From NCBI GenBank assembly GCA_965212265.1, contig CBDBUZ010000007.1, positions 22,349 through 86,348 of the forward strand: a stretch of 64,000 bases of DNA. Direction: 5' to 3'. Positions 45,708 through 54,961 of the stretch are shown piece after piece. Numbering within the stretch: the stretch's first letter is position 1; every line of letters begins with the position of its first letter. The translations under genes were made by a program, and so were the position numbers. A model generated the notes under the pieces. That model was not told the DNA's origin and made no database searches. It worked only from the letters and a program-made list of their open reading frames with translations. This DNA comes from Parasphingopyxis sp. Its GTDB lineage: Bacteria; Pseudomonadota; Alphaproteobacteria; Sphingomonadales; Sphingomonadaceae.

Positions 45708-46382
45708 ATGATGAACAATCATTCAACACAATCGGAAACACCTCGCCATCGCTTACCCGAAGGACCTAGCGATCGAGTTGCCCTAGCCTTTGTAAAGGTC
45801 TTGCGCTTCATTGCGGATCGTTTCTTTGCGGGACGCTATGGTCATAGAGCAGTAGTGCTTGAGACAGTGGCCGCGGTGCCGGGAATGGTGGGAGGATTGC
45901 TCCAGCATCTTAAAGCGCTTCGGCGGATCAAAGATGATGAGGGCTGGATCCGCGAACTGCTCGACGAGGCGGAAAACGAACGCATGCATCTGATGACGTT
46001 CGTCCATATCGCTAGTCCGAACTGGTTCGAACGCATTGTGATTATGGCTACTCAGGCAGTTTTCTACAATTTCTATTTCCTGCTCTATCTTCTCGCGCCA
46101 AAAACCGCTCACCGCGTAGTCGGCTATTTCGAAGAAGAGGCTGTTGAGAGCTACACACAATATCTGGCCGCTATCGACGCTGGAAAGCATGACAACATTC
46201 CTGCGCCGCAGATTGCAATTGATTATTGGGGCCTTTCTGGCAGGGCGAAACTAAGGGACGTGGTTGTGGCCGTCCGCGAAGACGAAGCTGGCCATCGCGA
46301 TCGTAATCATGCGTTTGCCGATTCTTTGGCACCGCAGCCAAGGGCAAACTCCGTAGCGGACCAGGGCGCGGTATATGACTGA
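45708..46382 (+). CDS. aox: Alternative oxidase
   Basis: [34 protein letters not shown] diiron motifs. Confidence 0.95.
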   Translation: MMNNHSTQSETPRHRLPEGPSDRVALAFVKVLRFIADRFFAGRYGHRAVVLETVAAVPGMVGGLLQHLKALRRIKDDEGWIRELLDEAENERMHLMTFVHIASPNWFERIVIMATQAVFYNFYFLLYLLAPKTAHRVVGYFEEEAVESYTQYLAAIDAGKHDNIPAPQIAIDYWGLSGRAKLRDVVVAVREDEAGHRDRNHAFADSLAPQPRANSVADQGAVYD

Positions 46383-46788
46383 TCTGCCGAAATTTTATTC
46401 CACCAGCCGCCAAATGATCAGACGATTAGTCGACCATTTCTACGATGCGATTCGCAGGGACGATAAGCTCGGACCGGTTTTTGATCGGGTGATCGATGAC
46501 GACTGGGAACCACATCTCGACAAGATGGTCGATTTCTGGATGTCTGTTATGTTCAAGACGGGTGCATTTAAGGGGCGGCCAATGATCGTGCACCGCGGTC
46601 TGGATGACCTCCGGCCCGAGCATTTTCCATTGTGGCTGGAACTGTTCCGGGACAGTGCGAAGTCGATCTGTCCAACGAATTTTGCGAGTGAGATCATCCA
46701 TAAGGCCGAGCTGATCGCCGGCAGCCTCCAAAACGGAGTGTTTCCGGCTGCCGAAGAGGGATTGAGACGCGAAGCAAGAGCGGCGTGA
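46375..46788 (+). CDS. Group III truncated haemoglobin
   Basis: [45 protein letters not shown]. Confidence 0.9.
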   Translation: MTDLPKFYSTSRQMIRRLVDHFYDAIRRDDKLGPVFDRVIDDDWEPHLDKMVDFWMSVMFKTGAFKGRPMIVHRGLDDLRPEHFPLWLELFRDSAKSICPTNFASEIIHKAELIAGSLQNGVFPAAEEGLRREARAA

Positions 46789-47057
46789 CCGGCCTTCCTG
46801 CCTCGGTGCGCGCGTATAAGCGAACGCCAGAATTCACGCACGACACAATACCCGTCGGGTTACGCAATGAGCACAGCACCAAGCCCGGTGTTTGGGGGGT
46901 CATCCATATCATATCAGGAACGTTGGAATTCCGTGATGAGAAGAGTTGCAAAACGCAAATTCTCGAAGCTGGAGAGCGCAAGGTGATTGCCCCGGCTGCC
47001 CCCCATCAGGTCAATCCAGTCGACTCGGTCACTTTTTTTGTCGAGTTCTACCGTTAA
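46785..47057 (+). CDS. DUF1971 (YeaR/TehB N-terminal-like cupin)
   Basis: YKRTPEF...HSTKPGVWG...VEFY. Confidence 0.88.
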   Translation: MTGLPASVRAYKRTPEFTHDTIPVGLRNEHSTKPGVWGVIHIISGTLEFRDEKSCKTQILEAGERKVIAPAAPHQVNPVDSVTFFVEFYR

Positions 47058-47061
47058 TCGA

Positions 47062-48882
47062 TCAAGGCGATCTAGTCGCCGCCAAGGATCCAACGCGATC
47101 ACTGACATGGTCCCGATAGAATTTATATACAGCGCTTTCCTGATAGTCAGGATTGAGGTTTTCTAAGACCTCTCGCTCAAGCATTGCGGCTTCGTCATCT
47201 TGGGTTTGTTCGAGTACCGCCAACCGATAGACATGCGTAGGCAGGAATGAGGGATTTCTCTCTATTCCTCGGTCCAGGAACGCCAGCGCAGAATCGAAGT
47301 CGCCCATTTCAAAATGTGCCCGGCCGAGAGCAAATATCGAAGTCACCCCATAATTTGGATTCAAGCGGTTGCTTCTTTCGATGGCGACCAACGCATCCCT
47401 TCCTCGGCCGGCTTCAGAGAGAATAAGCGATCGCCAAAGCAGCGCCTCGGAGAAATTCGGATCCAGATCGATTGCCACATCAATTGATATTAGTGCCTCA
47501 TCAAAATTTGATTGCCATCTGTGGACCCAAGCGAGAATCGCATGTCCAGATGGCAAATTTGGTTCGATCTCGACCGCAGTTTGCGCATGGTGCAGCGCTG
47601 GGTCGAGGGACAGTTCGACAGATGGAATAAATCCCGTCAGATATGCATAGGTTAGCGCTCGCGCCTTCCAGGCATGTGCTTCAGCGAAATCCGGGTCGCG
47701 CTCGATCGCTGTCGAAAAAAGCTCAATTGAAGCGGCAATGCTGCTCTCATCAAATTGATAAAATTGCTCTTTTGCTCGTAAGAATGTGTCATAGGCTTCG
47801 ATGCTGTCAGTCGTACGCAAGCCCAATCGCGATTGTTCGGTGCCGACCAGGGCGACCTGCAAGGCGCTTACGATACGGCTCGATACTTCGTCTTGAATTT
47901 CAAAAATATCATCGATTTCACGGTTATACCGCTCGGCCCATAGATGGGATTCGCTCCTGGCATCTATCAGCTGTGCGGTGATTCTGACGCGGCCGCCTGA
48001 TCTTTGGACACTGCCTTCCAATATATGAGTGGCACCCAGTTCTTCGCCAATTTCTCGAATGCCGCTCGGACTGTCCTTGTACACGAAGCTTGACGTTCGA
48101 GCGATTACGTTCAGGCCTGAAAGTATGGACAGATCAGTGATGATGTCTTCCGTGATGCCGTCGCTAAAATACTCCTGACCGGGATCATCACTTAGGTTTA
48201 CAAACGGCAATACGGCGATTGTACTTGTGTTTTGCGATGTGCCGGCGAGCTCAGAAGGGCTTCGCTCCGCAGTGAAGAAATAAGCTAATCCAAGCAGCAA
48301 TAGGCCTAGTGCTGAGGCGGCAACCCATGAACCTGCAGGCGCGTATTGTGTTGCACCTATGGTTTGGTCTGCTGAGGCCTTTTCCCGAAAATTCGCCTCA
48401 TAGGCACCTTTCGGGAGTTCGATCAGAATGGGGTCTGCGACGCCCTCGTCGATATAATATTCCGCCAGCTTCGCCCTCAATCTGCCGGCTTCCACCCTGA
48501 CAATAGCGTCGACGGTGGGATCAAAACTCTCATCGCGATCAAAAACATCCAATGCGATATCGAATTGCGAAACAGCGTCTCGCGATGGGTCGAGAGTCGC
48601 TTCGACGATGTAGGAAAGAAACCGGCACAAGCGTTCGGCGTGAGCGAATACGCTGCCGGAGATAATCCGGTTCAGCTGTAATCTTACAGCGTCACGCCCA
48701 TCCTCATCGCGGATGTCAATCACATGTCCCCCGAGAATCCGTCCCACACAGTAAGCGAAGCGGGAAGATTGGTCCATATTGCTCGAGAATGCCTGTTTTC
48801 CTGGCGTTAGTAACCGCAACAAACTTGGATTGAAGCGCCTCCGCACCATTGTCTGAAACGTGGAGTGCGCGGTCACAGACAT
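47062..48882 (-). CDS. Transmembrane regulator-like protein: N-terminal HTH-like domain, TM, TolB-like domain, TPRs
   Basis: IVRVEAGRLRAKLAEYY...IELPKGAY; IAVLPFVNLSDDPGQEYFSDGITEDII; TPRs; true start probably downstream of 48882. Confidence 0.85.
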   Translation of the reverse strand: MSVTAHSTFQTMVRRRFNPSLLRLLTPGKQAFSSNMDQSSRFAYCVGRILGGHVIDIRDEDGRDAVRLQLNRIISGSVFAHAERLCRFLSYIVEATLDPSRDAVSQFDIALDVFDRDESFDPTVDAIVRVEAGRLRAKLAEYYIDEGVADPILIELPKGAYEANFREKASADQTIGATQYAPAGSWVAASALGLLLLGLAYFFTAERSPSELAGTSQNTSTIAVLPFVNLSDDPGQEYFSDGITEDIITDLSILSGLNVIARTSSFVYKDSPSGIREIGEELGATHILEGSVQRSGGRVRITAQLIDARSESHLWAERYNREIDDIFEIQDEVSSRIVSALQVALVGTEQSRLGLRTTDSIEAYDTFLRAKEQFYQFDESSIAASIELFSTAIERDPDFAEAHAWKARALTYAYLTGFIPSVELSLDPALHHAQTAVEIEPNLPSGHAILAWVHRWQSNFDEALISIDVAIDLDPNFSEALLWRSLILSEAGRGRDALVAIERSNRLNPNYGVTSIFALGRAHFEMGDFDSALAFLDRGIERNPSFLPTHVYRLAVLEQTQDDEAAMLEREVLENLNPDYQESAVYKFYRDHVSDRVGSLAATRSP

Positions 48883-49001
48883 CGCTCTGGCCTAACTCCC
48901 TACGCCCAAGCCGCCCGGGCAGAAGTACTGCGCACTCCCGGTAGAATATCAATCTCAGCGGTCAGCCAGGTTGCTGCGCTGATGATCAAAGGAGAAAGAT
49001 T

Positions 49002-49562
49002 ATGGATCAGTTTGAGCTGTTTGGGATTGTTTTAGCCCAACCGGAAAAACCGTTGGTTTTTCTCACCCAGTTTATTCTCAGTGTGGCTGTATTCGGTCTT
49101 ATCGCGCGTCCAATGGCGCGTCCCTGGCTCGATACGCTCGACGTGCGAACGGTGATGATGATTTTATTACTGCCCCACGCCTTTCGTCATATCGGATTGA
49201 GCTTTCTCGTGCCGGGTTTGGTTACTGACGACATTCCTGCGTTTTTCGCCGTAACCGCTGGATATGGGGACCTAATGTCTGCCCTTCTTGCGATGGGCGC
49301 ATTGCTGGCCTTGCGGCGGCGCAGCGCCATTGCCGTGCCGCTGATCTGGGTCTTCAGCGTTGTCGGTATTGTCGATCTCGTTAACGCCCTGCGCCAAGCG
49401 GAAGCGGTCATGCACTTTCAGGCGAGCTGGTACATCCCAACTTTCATCGTCCCGCTTCTTCTGGTCACCCATGCAATGATTGTCACGCGTCTGGTGCGCC
49501 AACAAGCGCCCTTAGTTCGAGAGCTGACGATCGACGGCACGGACCACCAACCGGCGAGCTAA
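49002..49562 (+). CDS. Hypothetical membrane protein
   Basis: Hydrophobic helices, LLPHAFRHIGLSFLVPG, YGDL; GGAG RBS. Confidence 0.75.
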   Translation: MDQFELFGIVLAQPEKPLVFLTQFILSVAVFGLIARPMARPWLDTLDVRTVMMILLLPHAFRHIGLSFLVPGLVTDDIPAFFAVTAGYGDLMSALLAMGALLALRRRSAIAVPLIWVFSVVGIVDLVNALRQAEAVMHFQASWYIPTFIVPLLLVTHAMIVTRLVRQQAPLVRELTIDGTDHQPAS

Positions 49563-49614
49563 CTGAATCACTCTTGCTCGCCAATTCCTCCCCCAAACCT
49601 GAAAGGAAACGAAG

Positions 49615-50163
49615 ATGTCCAGACTAGCCCAACTAACCGATGACGAGATTTCTGAAACCGCAAAACCGCTAATTGACGGTATCCGCAACAAACTTGGTAT
49701 GGTGCCAAACTTGTACCGTGTCCTCGCCAATGAACCTGCCGTGCTCTCAGCAATTCTTGCGATGAATGCTGCGCTCGACCGTGGATCCTTTGGTGCGGAA
49801 ACTCGCGAAGCAATCGCATTGGCTGCGGCTGGTGAAAATTCATGTGATTATTGCGCCTCCGCGCACAGCATGATTTCGAAGTCCTTAAACGTAGAAGATC
49901 ACGAAATAGACCTTCGGCTGCGTGGCCAGGCTAGCGATCCCAAAATCAACGCAATCCTGCGCTTTGCCCGTGCGGTCATCAGCGAGCGCGGTTTCGTTAC
50001 TTCTGCTCAGATCGAAGAAGCAAAGGACGCTGGCCTGACAGACGGTGAGATCATCGAAACGATTGGTCATGTCGTCGTCAATATCTTCACGAACTACACA
50101 AATCACGTGGCAGAGACGGAGATCGATTTCCCCGTGGTGAGAGTTAGCCGAGCAATTGCCTAG
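49615..50163 (+). CDS. Carboxymuconolactone decarboxylase/AhpD-like peroxidase
   Basis: GMVPNLY, NSCDYCASAH (CxxC), NIFTNY. Confidence 0.9.
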   Translation: MSRLAQLTDDEISETAKPLIDGIRNKLGMVPNLYRVLANEPAVLSAILAMNAALDRGSFGAETREAIALAAAGENSCDYCASAHSMISKSLNVEDHEIDLRLRGQASDPKINAILRFARAVISERGFVTSAQIEEAKDAGLTDGEIIETIGHVVVNIFTNYTNHVAETEIDFPVVRVSRAIA

Positions 50164-50221
50164 TGCGGATCAGCAGAGAAGCCGCCTCACAAACATTACC
50201 GCCATTTCAAAACACCATTGC

Positions 50222-50443
50222 ATGGAGAATATCGTGAACGACATTTCAAAAATCACTCAGGATCCTGAACCCACTCGTTGGCAAAAATGGACACGATGGA
50301 TGATCGAGTTCGAAGCAGCGCTCGACGGTATAGATCCCCTTCAGGACCAAACAGTTCGTGTCGCCAAACTTGAATCCCGCATCGTACAATTGGAGGAAAT
50401 CGCGAAGCGAGCAGACGACCTGGAGAATACTCATCCCGATTAG
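50222..50443 (+). CDS. Small hypothetical protein with C-terminal coiled coil
   Basis: Open frame with RBS-like GGAG before GTG 50234; VAKLESRIVQLEE heptads. Confidence 0.5.
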   Translation: MENIVNDISKITQDPEPTRWQKWTRWMIEFEAALDGIDPLQDQTVRVAKLESRIVQLEEIAKRADDLENTHPD

Positions 50444-50480
50444 AAATGTCTCGTCACGTTTCTAGGAGACCAACAACACT

Positions 50481-50506
50481 GTCCGCTTTCGGCCAATAGC
50501 GGAAAT
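50481..50506. repeat. Hairpin repeat copy 3
   Basis: GTCCGCTTTCGGCCAATAGCGGAAAT. Confidence 0.8.
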
Positions 50507-50553
50507 CTCTACCTTTGATCAATTGTCGGCTACAGCAAGTCGTCAAAGGAATA

Positions 50554-51513
50554 CTAATCCATGGCATCCGGCCGCAACTCGAAAAAATCTGCAGCATTCT
50601 GGTATAGAATGGCAGTTCGCTGCTCATCACTGATACTTTCGAGGCTTTCTAATCGCTGGAGAACGAGCGCTACGGGAAAATTGTCAGTCCCAAGCATGAT
50701 CCGATTGCCAAAACCTGCGTTGATCAATCTGAGTAGAGCGCTTTCATATTGCTCCAATGGAAGCACGCTGTTCGTTATTGAAAGATCGACATATACATTC
50801 GGATAGTCCCGCAGCAGATCTAATGTTTGTTGCCAAAGCTCTTCACCGGCATCGCCATCAGAACCGACATGTTGAAGCCAAATTCTTAAACCCGGATGGC
50901 GATCGAGCACGGGTCGCAGAAGAATTGGGCTTCCCATCTCGCCATCATAATTCGGACAGCAATTCGGATCTTCTCGAATTGACGCCCCAGGCGGGGGGCC
51001 GCTCCATGAATGGACACCCACAGGAACCCTCAACTCGTGAGCCAGAGCCCAATACGGCGCCATTCTGAGGTCATCTGGTCGAGTGCCATCATAATTGAAC
51101 ATCACCTCATGCAATGCGCCAATGACATTGTTTCCAATATTTTCTCGCAACCAGTCTAGATCGGGAACCCCGGCAGTTTCTGGAAAGCAATGAAATTCAG
51201 TTCGAGTTCGATTGATAGGACAAGGCAACATTGCGCCTAACAGTAAACGACTGGAGCCATTGTCACTCCAGCGTATTGCTTGCTCTGGTGATGTTAGCGA
51301 GACGACAGCCAAGACAATATTATGTTCGTCAAGCTCCCGTAGCATCTCCTCAGGTCCAGCGTCTGGTTGATCCGAATTGGCCAATGGCGCGTGACGATGC
51401 ACGTCGATTATCGGCTGTTTTGAGCTGGCGGCGTGGCTGCTCAGCGCGAGGCCGAACAGCAGCGCAACCGTGAAATACATCCTATGTATCAAACTTAATC
51501 TCATAACCGGCAT
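50554..51513 (-). CDS. Amidohydrolase family (amidohydro_2-like), secreted
   Basis: Signal peptide; IIDVHRH, QHVG, YVDLS, MLGTD, NAADFF. Confidence 0.85.
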   Translation of the reverse strand: MPVMRLSLIHRMYFTVALLFGLALSSHAASSKQPIIDVHRHAPLANSDQPDAGPEEMLRELDEHNIVLAVVSLTSPEQAIRWSDNGSSRLLLGAMLPCPINRTRTEFHCFPETAGVPDLDWLRENIGNNVIGALHEVMFNYDGTRPDDLRMAPYWALAHELRVPVGVHSWSGPPPGASIREDPNCCPNYDGEMGSPILLRPVLDRHPGLRIWLQHVGSDGDAGEELWQQTLDLLRDYPNVYVDLSITNSVLPLEQYESALLRLINAGFGNRIMLGTDNFPVALVLQRLESLESISDEQRTAILYQNAADFFELRPDAMD

Positions 51514-51564
51514 GTGAGCGATTTTGGCGAGTTGCTAGGCAATGTGCAATCTCGAACGGGAAGG

Positions 51565-51614
51565 GTCCGCTTTCGGCCAGAAGCGGAACGTCCGCTTTCC
51601 ACCCATTGCGGATC
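51565..51614. repeat. Hairpin repeat copies 4 and 5 (abutting)
   Basis: GTCCGCTTTCGGCCAGAAGCGGAAC + GTCCGCTTTCCACCCATTGCGGATC. Confidence 0.85.
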
Positions 51615-51645
51615 AGCAACCATCGTGAGACATTAGCTGACACAT

Positions 51646-52053
51646 ATGGAAATCACGCGGCCTCTCACGATCATTGTCAGAGCCACACTGGCTGCCGCTC
51701 TGCTGCATGGGTGTGATACGGCCATGCGTGTTCCACATGACGAGATTGCTGGATGCTATTTGTTTCCGAGCGGTGAGCCAGCCCTGCATCTAACAGGCGC
51801 ACATGCAGTCGATATTCGGACAGGAGAAACTATCGCCGAATATGGTGCACGGGATAACGAGGTTGGTTCCGTCGTTCGATTTTCACCGTCTTTGCGAATC
51901 CGTCAATCTTCCGGCCAGATGGAGATAGTATCGCACGATGAGGATCACCTATATGCTCCAATCAGAAAATCGGGAGAGGGAATTGCCTTGTTCATTCCCG
52001 AGTTTGATCTTGGCGGCGTTCATTTAGAGCGCTCTCCATCGGGCGATTGCTGA
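51646..52053 (+). CDS. Hypothetical lipoprotein
   Basis: ALLHGC lipobox-like signal. Confidence 0.6.
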   Translation: MEITRPLTIIVRATLAAALLHGCDTAMRVPHDEIAGCYLFPSGEPALHLTGAHAVDIRTGETIAEYGARDNEVGSVVRFSPSLRIRQSSGQMEIVSHDEDHLYAPIRKSGEGIALFIPEFDLGGVHLERSPSGDC

Positions 52054-52096
52054 GGATCAGGATGAACCAGACCAACCCTCCCATACTGGGAAAATC

Positions 52097-52306
52097 ATGG
52101 ATTCTTGGTTCGGAATAATTTGGGTTATCGCGCTGGCGGGCTGGACATACGCCAGTGTTTTCTATGTGCCCTGGTGGTTGGCGCGGAAATCTGATGACCC
52201 CATTCCGATGGACAGGCCCAGGCTCCTGAAAATCCTGTTTGGATATGGCTTGTTCGCGATTGTGATTTTTCTTGTTGCTGGCCCAAGACTGTATCAGGGT
52301 TCCTAG
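52097..52306 (+). CDS. Small two-TM hypothetical protein
   Basis: Two hydrophobic helices in 69 aa. Confidence 0.5.
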   Translation: MDSWFGIIWVIALAGWTYASVFYVPWWLARKSDDPIPMDRPRLLKILFGYGLFAIVIFLVAGPRLYQGS

Positions 52307-52330
52307 CGGAATCAGTGCCAAAAAACAGAA

Positions 52331-52428
52331 GGTCCGCTATCGGCCAATAGCAGACCATCGCCGTAGTTGAGACGGGCGAGTGTCGGCTGGGTTGATCTAA
52401 CGTCCGCTTTTGGCCGAAAGCGGACATT
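52331..52428. repeat. Hairpin repeat copies 6 and 7 (opposite orientation)
   Basis: GGTCCGCTATCGGCCAATAGCAGACC (52331-52356) and AACGTCCGCTTTTGGCCGAAAGCGGACATT (52399-52428). Confidence 0.85.
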
Positions 52429-52487
52429 ACGAATTTTCATCTTTTTGCCGAACTACAAGGTAGCAGTCATTCGGTCTGATCTTGGAC

Positions 52488-53309
52488 TTAGTGCCAAGCT
52501 GGCTTCCGCTTCTCCAAAAAGGCCATCACGCCTTCGGCGGTATCTTCCTCCAACATATTTTGCGTCATAACCTGCGCGGTATATTCGTATGCTTGCTCCA
52601 ACGGCATTTCCAGTTGGCGGTAGAAGGCCTCTTTCCCGATTTTCAATGCGACGGGCAGCTTGTCGGCAATTATCGAGGCGAGAGCCAATGTTTCTGAGTG
52701 AAGCGTATCGGGAGAAACAGCGCGATTGATCAATCCCAATTCAGCCGCTTGTGCCGCATCAAGGAAGTCGCCGGTTGCGAGCATCTCGAACGCACGTTTG
52801 CGGGCGATATTGCGGGATAGAGCAACCATCGGTGTTGAGCAGAACAACCCGATGTTCACTCCATTTACACCAAATTTCACATTATCCGCTGCGATGGCCA
52901 GATCACAACTGGCAACCAGCTGGCATCCCGCTGCAGTCGCCACACCCTGGACTTCGGCTATCACAGGTTTCGGCAGTTTCACGATGGTCTGCATCATCGA
53001 CGAACAATCGGCGAAAAGTTCTTGATAGAATTTCTGCCCGCCGTCGGCTTGTTTCGACGCATCCGACATTTCTTTCAGATCATGACCGGCGCAATAGGCA
53101 TTGCCGCAAGCTCGCAATATGACGACGCGACATTCTTCGTCTTTGGCGACACCGGCAAACGCGCCCTGCAACTGGCCGATCATCTCTTTAGACAACGCGT
53201 TGTAGTTTTCGGGACTATCCAGCGTGATAGTCACGATACCTTGGGATGTCTCCGTTTCGACAAGAACACTCAAGACGTCATCCTTTGGGTCATTCCAAAC
53301 TTCAGGCAA
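52488..53309 (-). CDS. Enoyl-CoA hydratase/isomerase
   Basis: YCAGHDLKE, ATAAGCQLVASCDLA, GLFCSTPMVALSR. Confidence 0.93.
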   Translation of the reverse strand: MPEVWNDPKDDVLSVLVETETSQGIVTITLDSPENYNALSKEMIGQLQGAFAGVAKDEECRVVILRACGNAYCAGHDLKEMSDASKQADGGQKFYQELFADCSSMMQTIVKLPKPVIAEVQGVATAAGCQLVASCDLAIAADNVKFGVNGVNIGLFCSTPMVALSRNIARKRAFEMLATGDFLDAAQAAELGLINRAVSPDTLHSETLALASIIADKLPVALKIGKEAFYRQLEMPLEQAYEYTAQVMTQNMLEEDTAEGVMAFLEKRKPAWH

Positions 53310-53329
53310 TTTTCGTCGCTTTACCCCGT

Positions 53330-54352
53330 CTATGAAAATTCTCTTCGATAGTCACGCGGTGTGAAATCGCTCCAGCGCTTGAAAGCATGGGAGAAGTTAC
53401 CGGGTTCGCTGAAATTCAAGCGGGATGCGATTTCGGAAAGGGGCAGCTGCGTTTCCTTCAGATAATGCTTGGCTAGCTCGAAGCGGGCTTCATCAAGGAT
53501 GGCCCGATAGGTGGTTCCCTCATCGTTCAAACGCCGCCTCATCGTGCGGTATGACATGCCCAATTCACTCGCGAGTGTTTGAGCTCCGGGGAAATCGCCC
53601 TGATACAGGGCCAGCCGATACCGCACCCGGTCCGCCTGCGTCGCGCTGTCGTCGACTTCGGCAACCTGTCGCTCGCACTCGCGGGCACAAAACTCTGTCG
53701 TGACGGGATTATGTTGCGGTGGCTGAACATCCATCTGGTGCGGCTGGATCGCTATTGCATATCTGTCCGCATGATAAATGATTTCGCAGTTATAATGGTT
53801 GGAGTAGTCCAAGGCGTTATCCGATGGTCCGTGCATCAGGCTTACCTGATCCAGAGCTATCTTTCCCCCGACTACCTGATTCAAGATAAGCACAGCCGCC
53901 ATCATGTCTCGGTCGACAAGAATTTCCCGACAGGCGCCGAAATCAGCCACCGGGTTTAACTCAATAACCGCAGCATTGCTGGTCTCGACAAATGCATAAT
54001 GAAAAAAGGCGTAGGTCAATGACTGAAATTGCAGTGCCAATCGGATGGACTCGCGCAGCGTCTGTGCGCTCATAATGGCAAGCCCCCAAATGCCGTAATT
54101 TTCGATCCGGTATTCCGAGCCAATTTCGAGTCCGATCGGCGTATCGCAATCCAGGTTTGCCACATTGCGGTAAAAAGCCAGTTCCTGCGACAGTGGTATT
54201 CTACGCTCAGGGTCGGTTAGCGAACGTTCCGTTATCCCGGTCGATTGCAAGCAGGTCGTGCGATTATGGCCGAGCCTTTCAAGGCAGGCCAGCGCGACTT
54301 CGATAGTCTTGGTTTTGTTTGGTGAGAGAATTTCGGCCTGCAACAGCGCCAC
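53330..54352 (-). CDS. AraC family transcriptional regulator
   Basis: RTMRRRL, IASRLNFSEPGNFSHAFKRW. Confidence 0.92.
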   Translation of the reverse strand: MALLQAEILSPNKTKTIEVALACLERLGHNRTTCLQSTGITERSLTDPERRIPLSQELAFYRNVANLDCDTPIGLEIGSEYRIENYGIWGLAIMSAQTLRESIRLALQFQSLTYAFFHYAFVETSNAAVIELNPVADFGACREILVDRDMMAAVLILNQVVGGKIALDQVSLMHGPSDNALDYSNHYNCEIIYHADRYAIAIQPHQMDVQPPQHNPVTTEFCARECERQVAEVDDSATQADRVRYRLALYQGDFPGAQTLASELGMSYRTMRRRLNDEGTTYRAILDEARFELAKHYLKETQLPLSEIASRLNFSEPGNFSHAFKRWSDFTPRDYRREFS

Positions 54353-54521
54353 CTTGCATAAAGTATCCTGACGTTAGCGGTTTACGCTGCATGGCCAGAA
54401 ATCACAAGTTTATGGCCGATAGCAACATTCTATCGCCCCGTCATAATCCATATAGCGTCGCGATATTAAGCGTCGTGCGCTCGTTCTTTTCGAGATGGCG
54501 CGAAAAATCGGGAAGGGCAAT

Positions 54522-54935
54522 ATGGAACATTTTTTGACGCCGGTTCTGGCGCTTATTCTTTGGACGTTCGTCATGTGGATCTGGTTTCTGGCGCTCCGCG
54601 TTCCCGCCATGAACGCCATTTCCAGCAACACACAGGATTTTGTCGAAGACCCTAGTCTCATGGACAGGATGCCGGACCGGGCAAAATGGTCTGGGGACAA
54701 TTATAATCATCTGCACGAACAGCCTGTGCTGTTTTATGCGCTGATGTTCTACCTGTTTCTGGTTCAGGTAACACCGGACTGGATGCTGTATCTCGCCTGG
54801 GGCTACGTGGTCAGCCGCGTAATACACAGCCTCGTCCAATCGATTAGCAATAAATTGATGGTGCGCTTTTCGCTCTTTGCGCTGGGCTCTTTCATGCTGT
54901 TCGCAATGGGGATCGGTGCCATTCTGGCACTATGA
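54522..54935 (+). CDS. MAPEG family protein
   Basis: NYNHLHEQPVLFY, YVVSRVIHS. Confidence 0.88.
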   Translation: MEHFLTPVLALILWTFVMWIWFLALRVPAMNAISSNTQDFVEDPSLMDRMPDRAKWSGDNYNHLHEQPVLFYALMFYLFLVQVTPDWMLYLAWGYVVSRVIHSLVQSISNKLMVRFSLFALGSFMLFAMGIGAILAL

Positions 54936-54961
54936 TCCAAGCCCATAGGAAAGGCTAAAAT

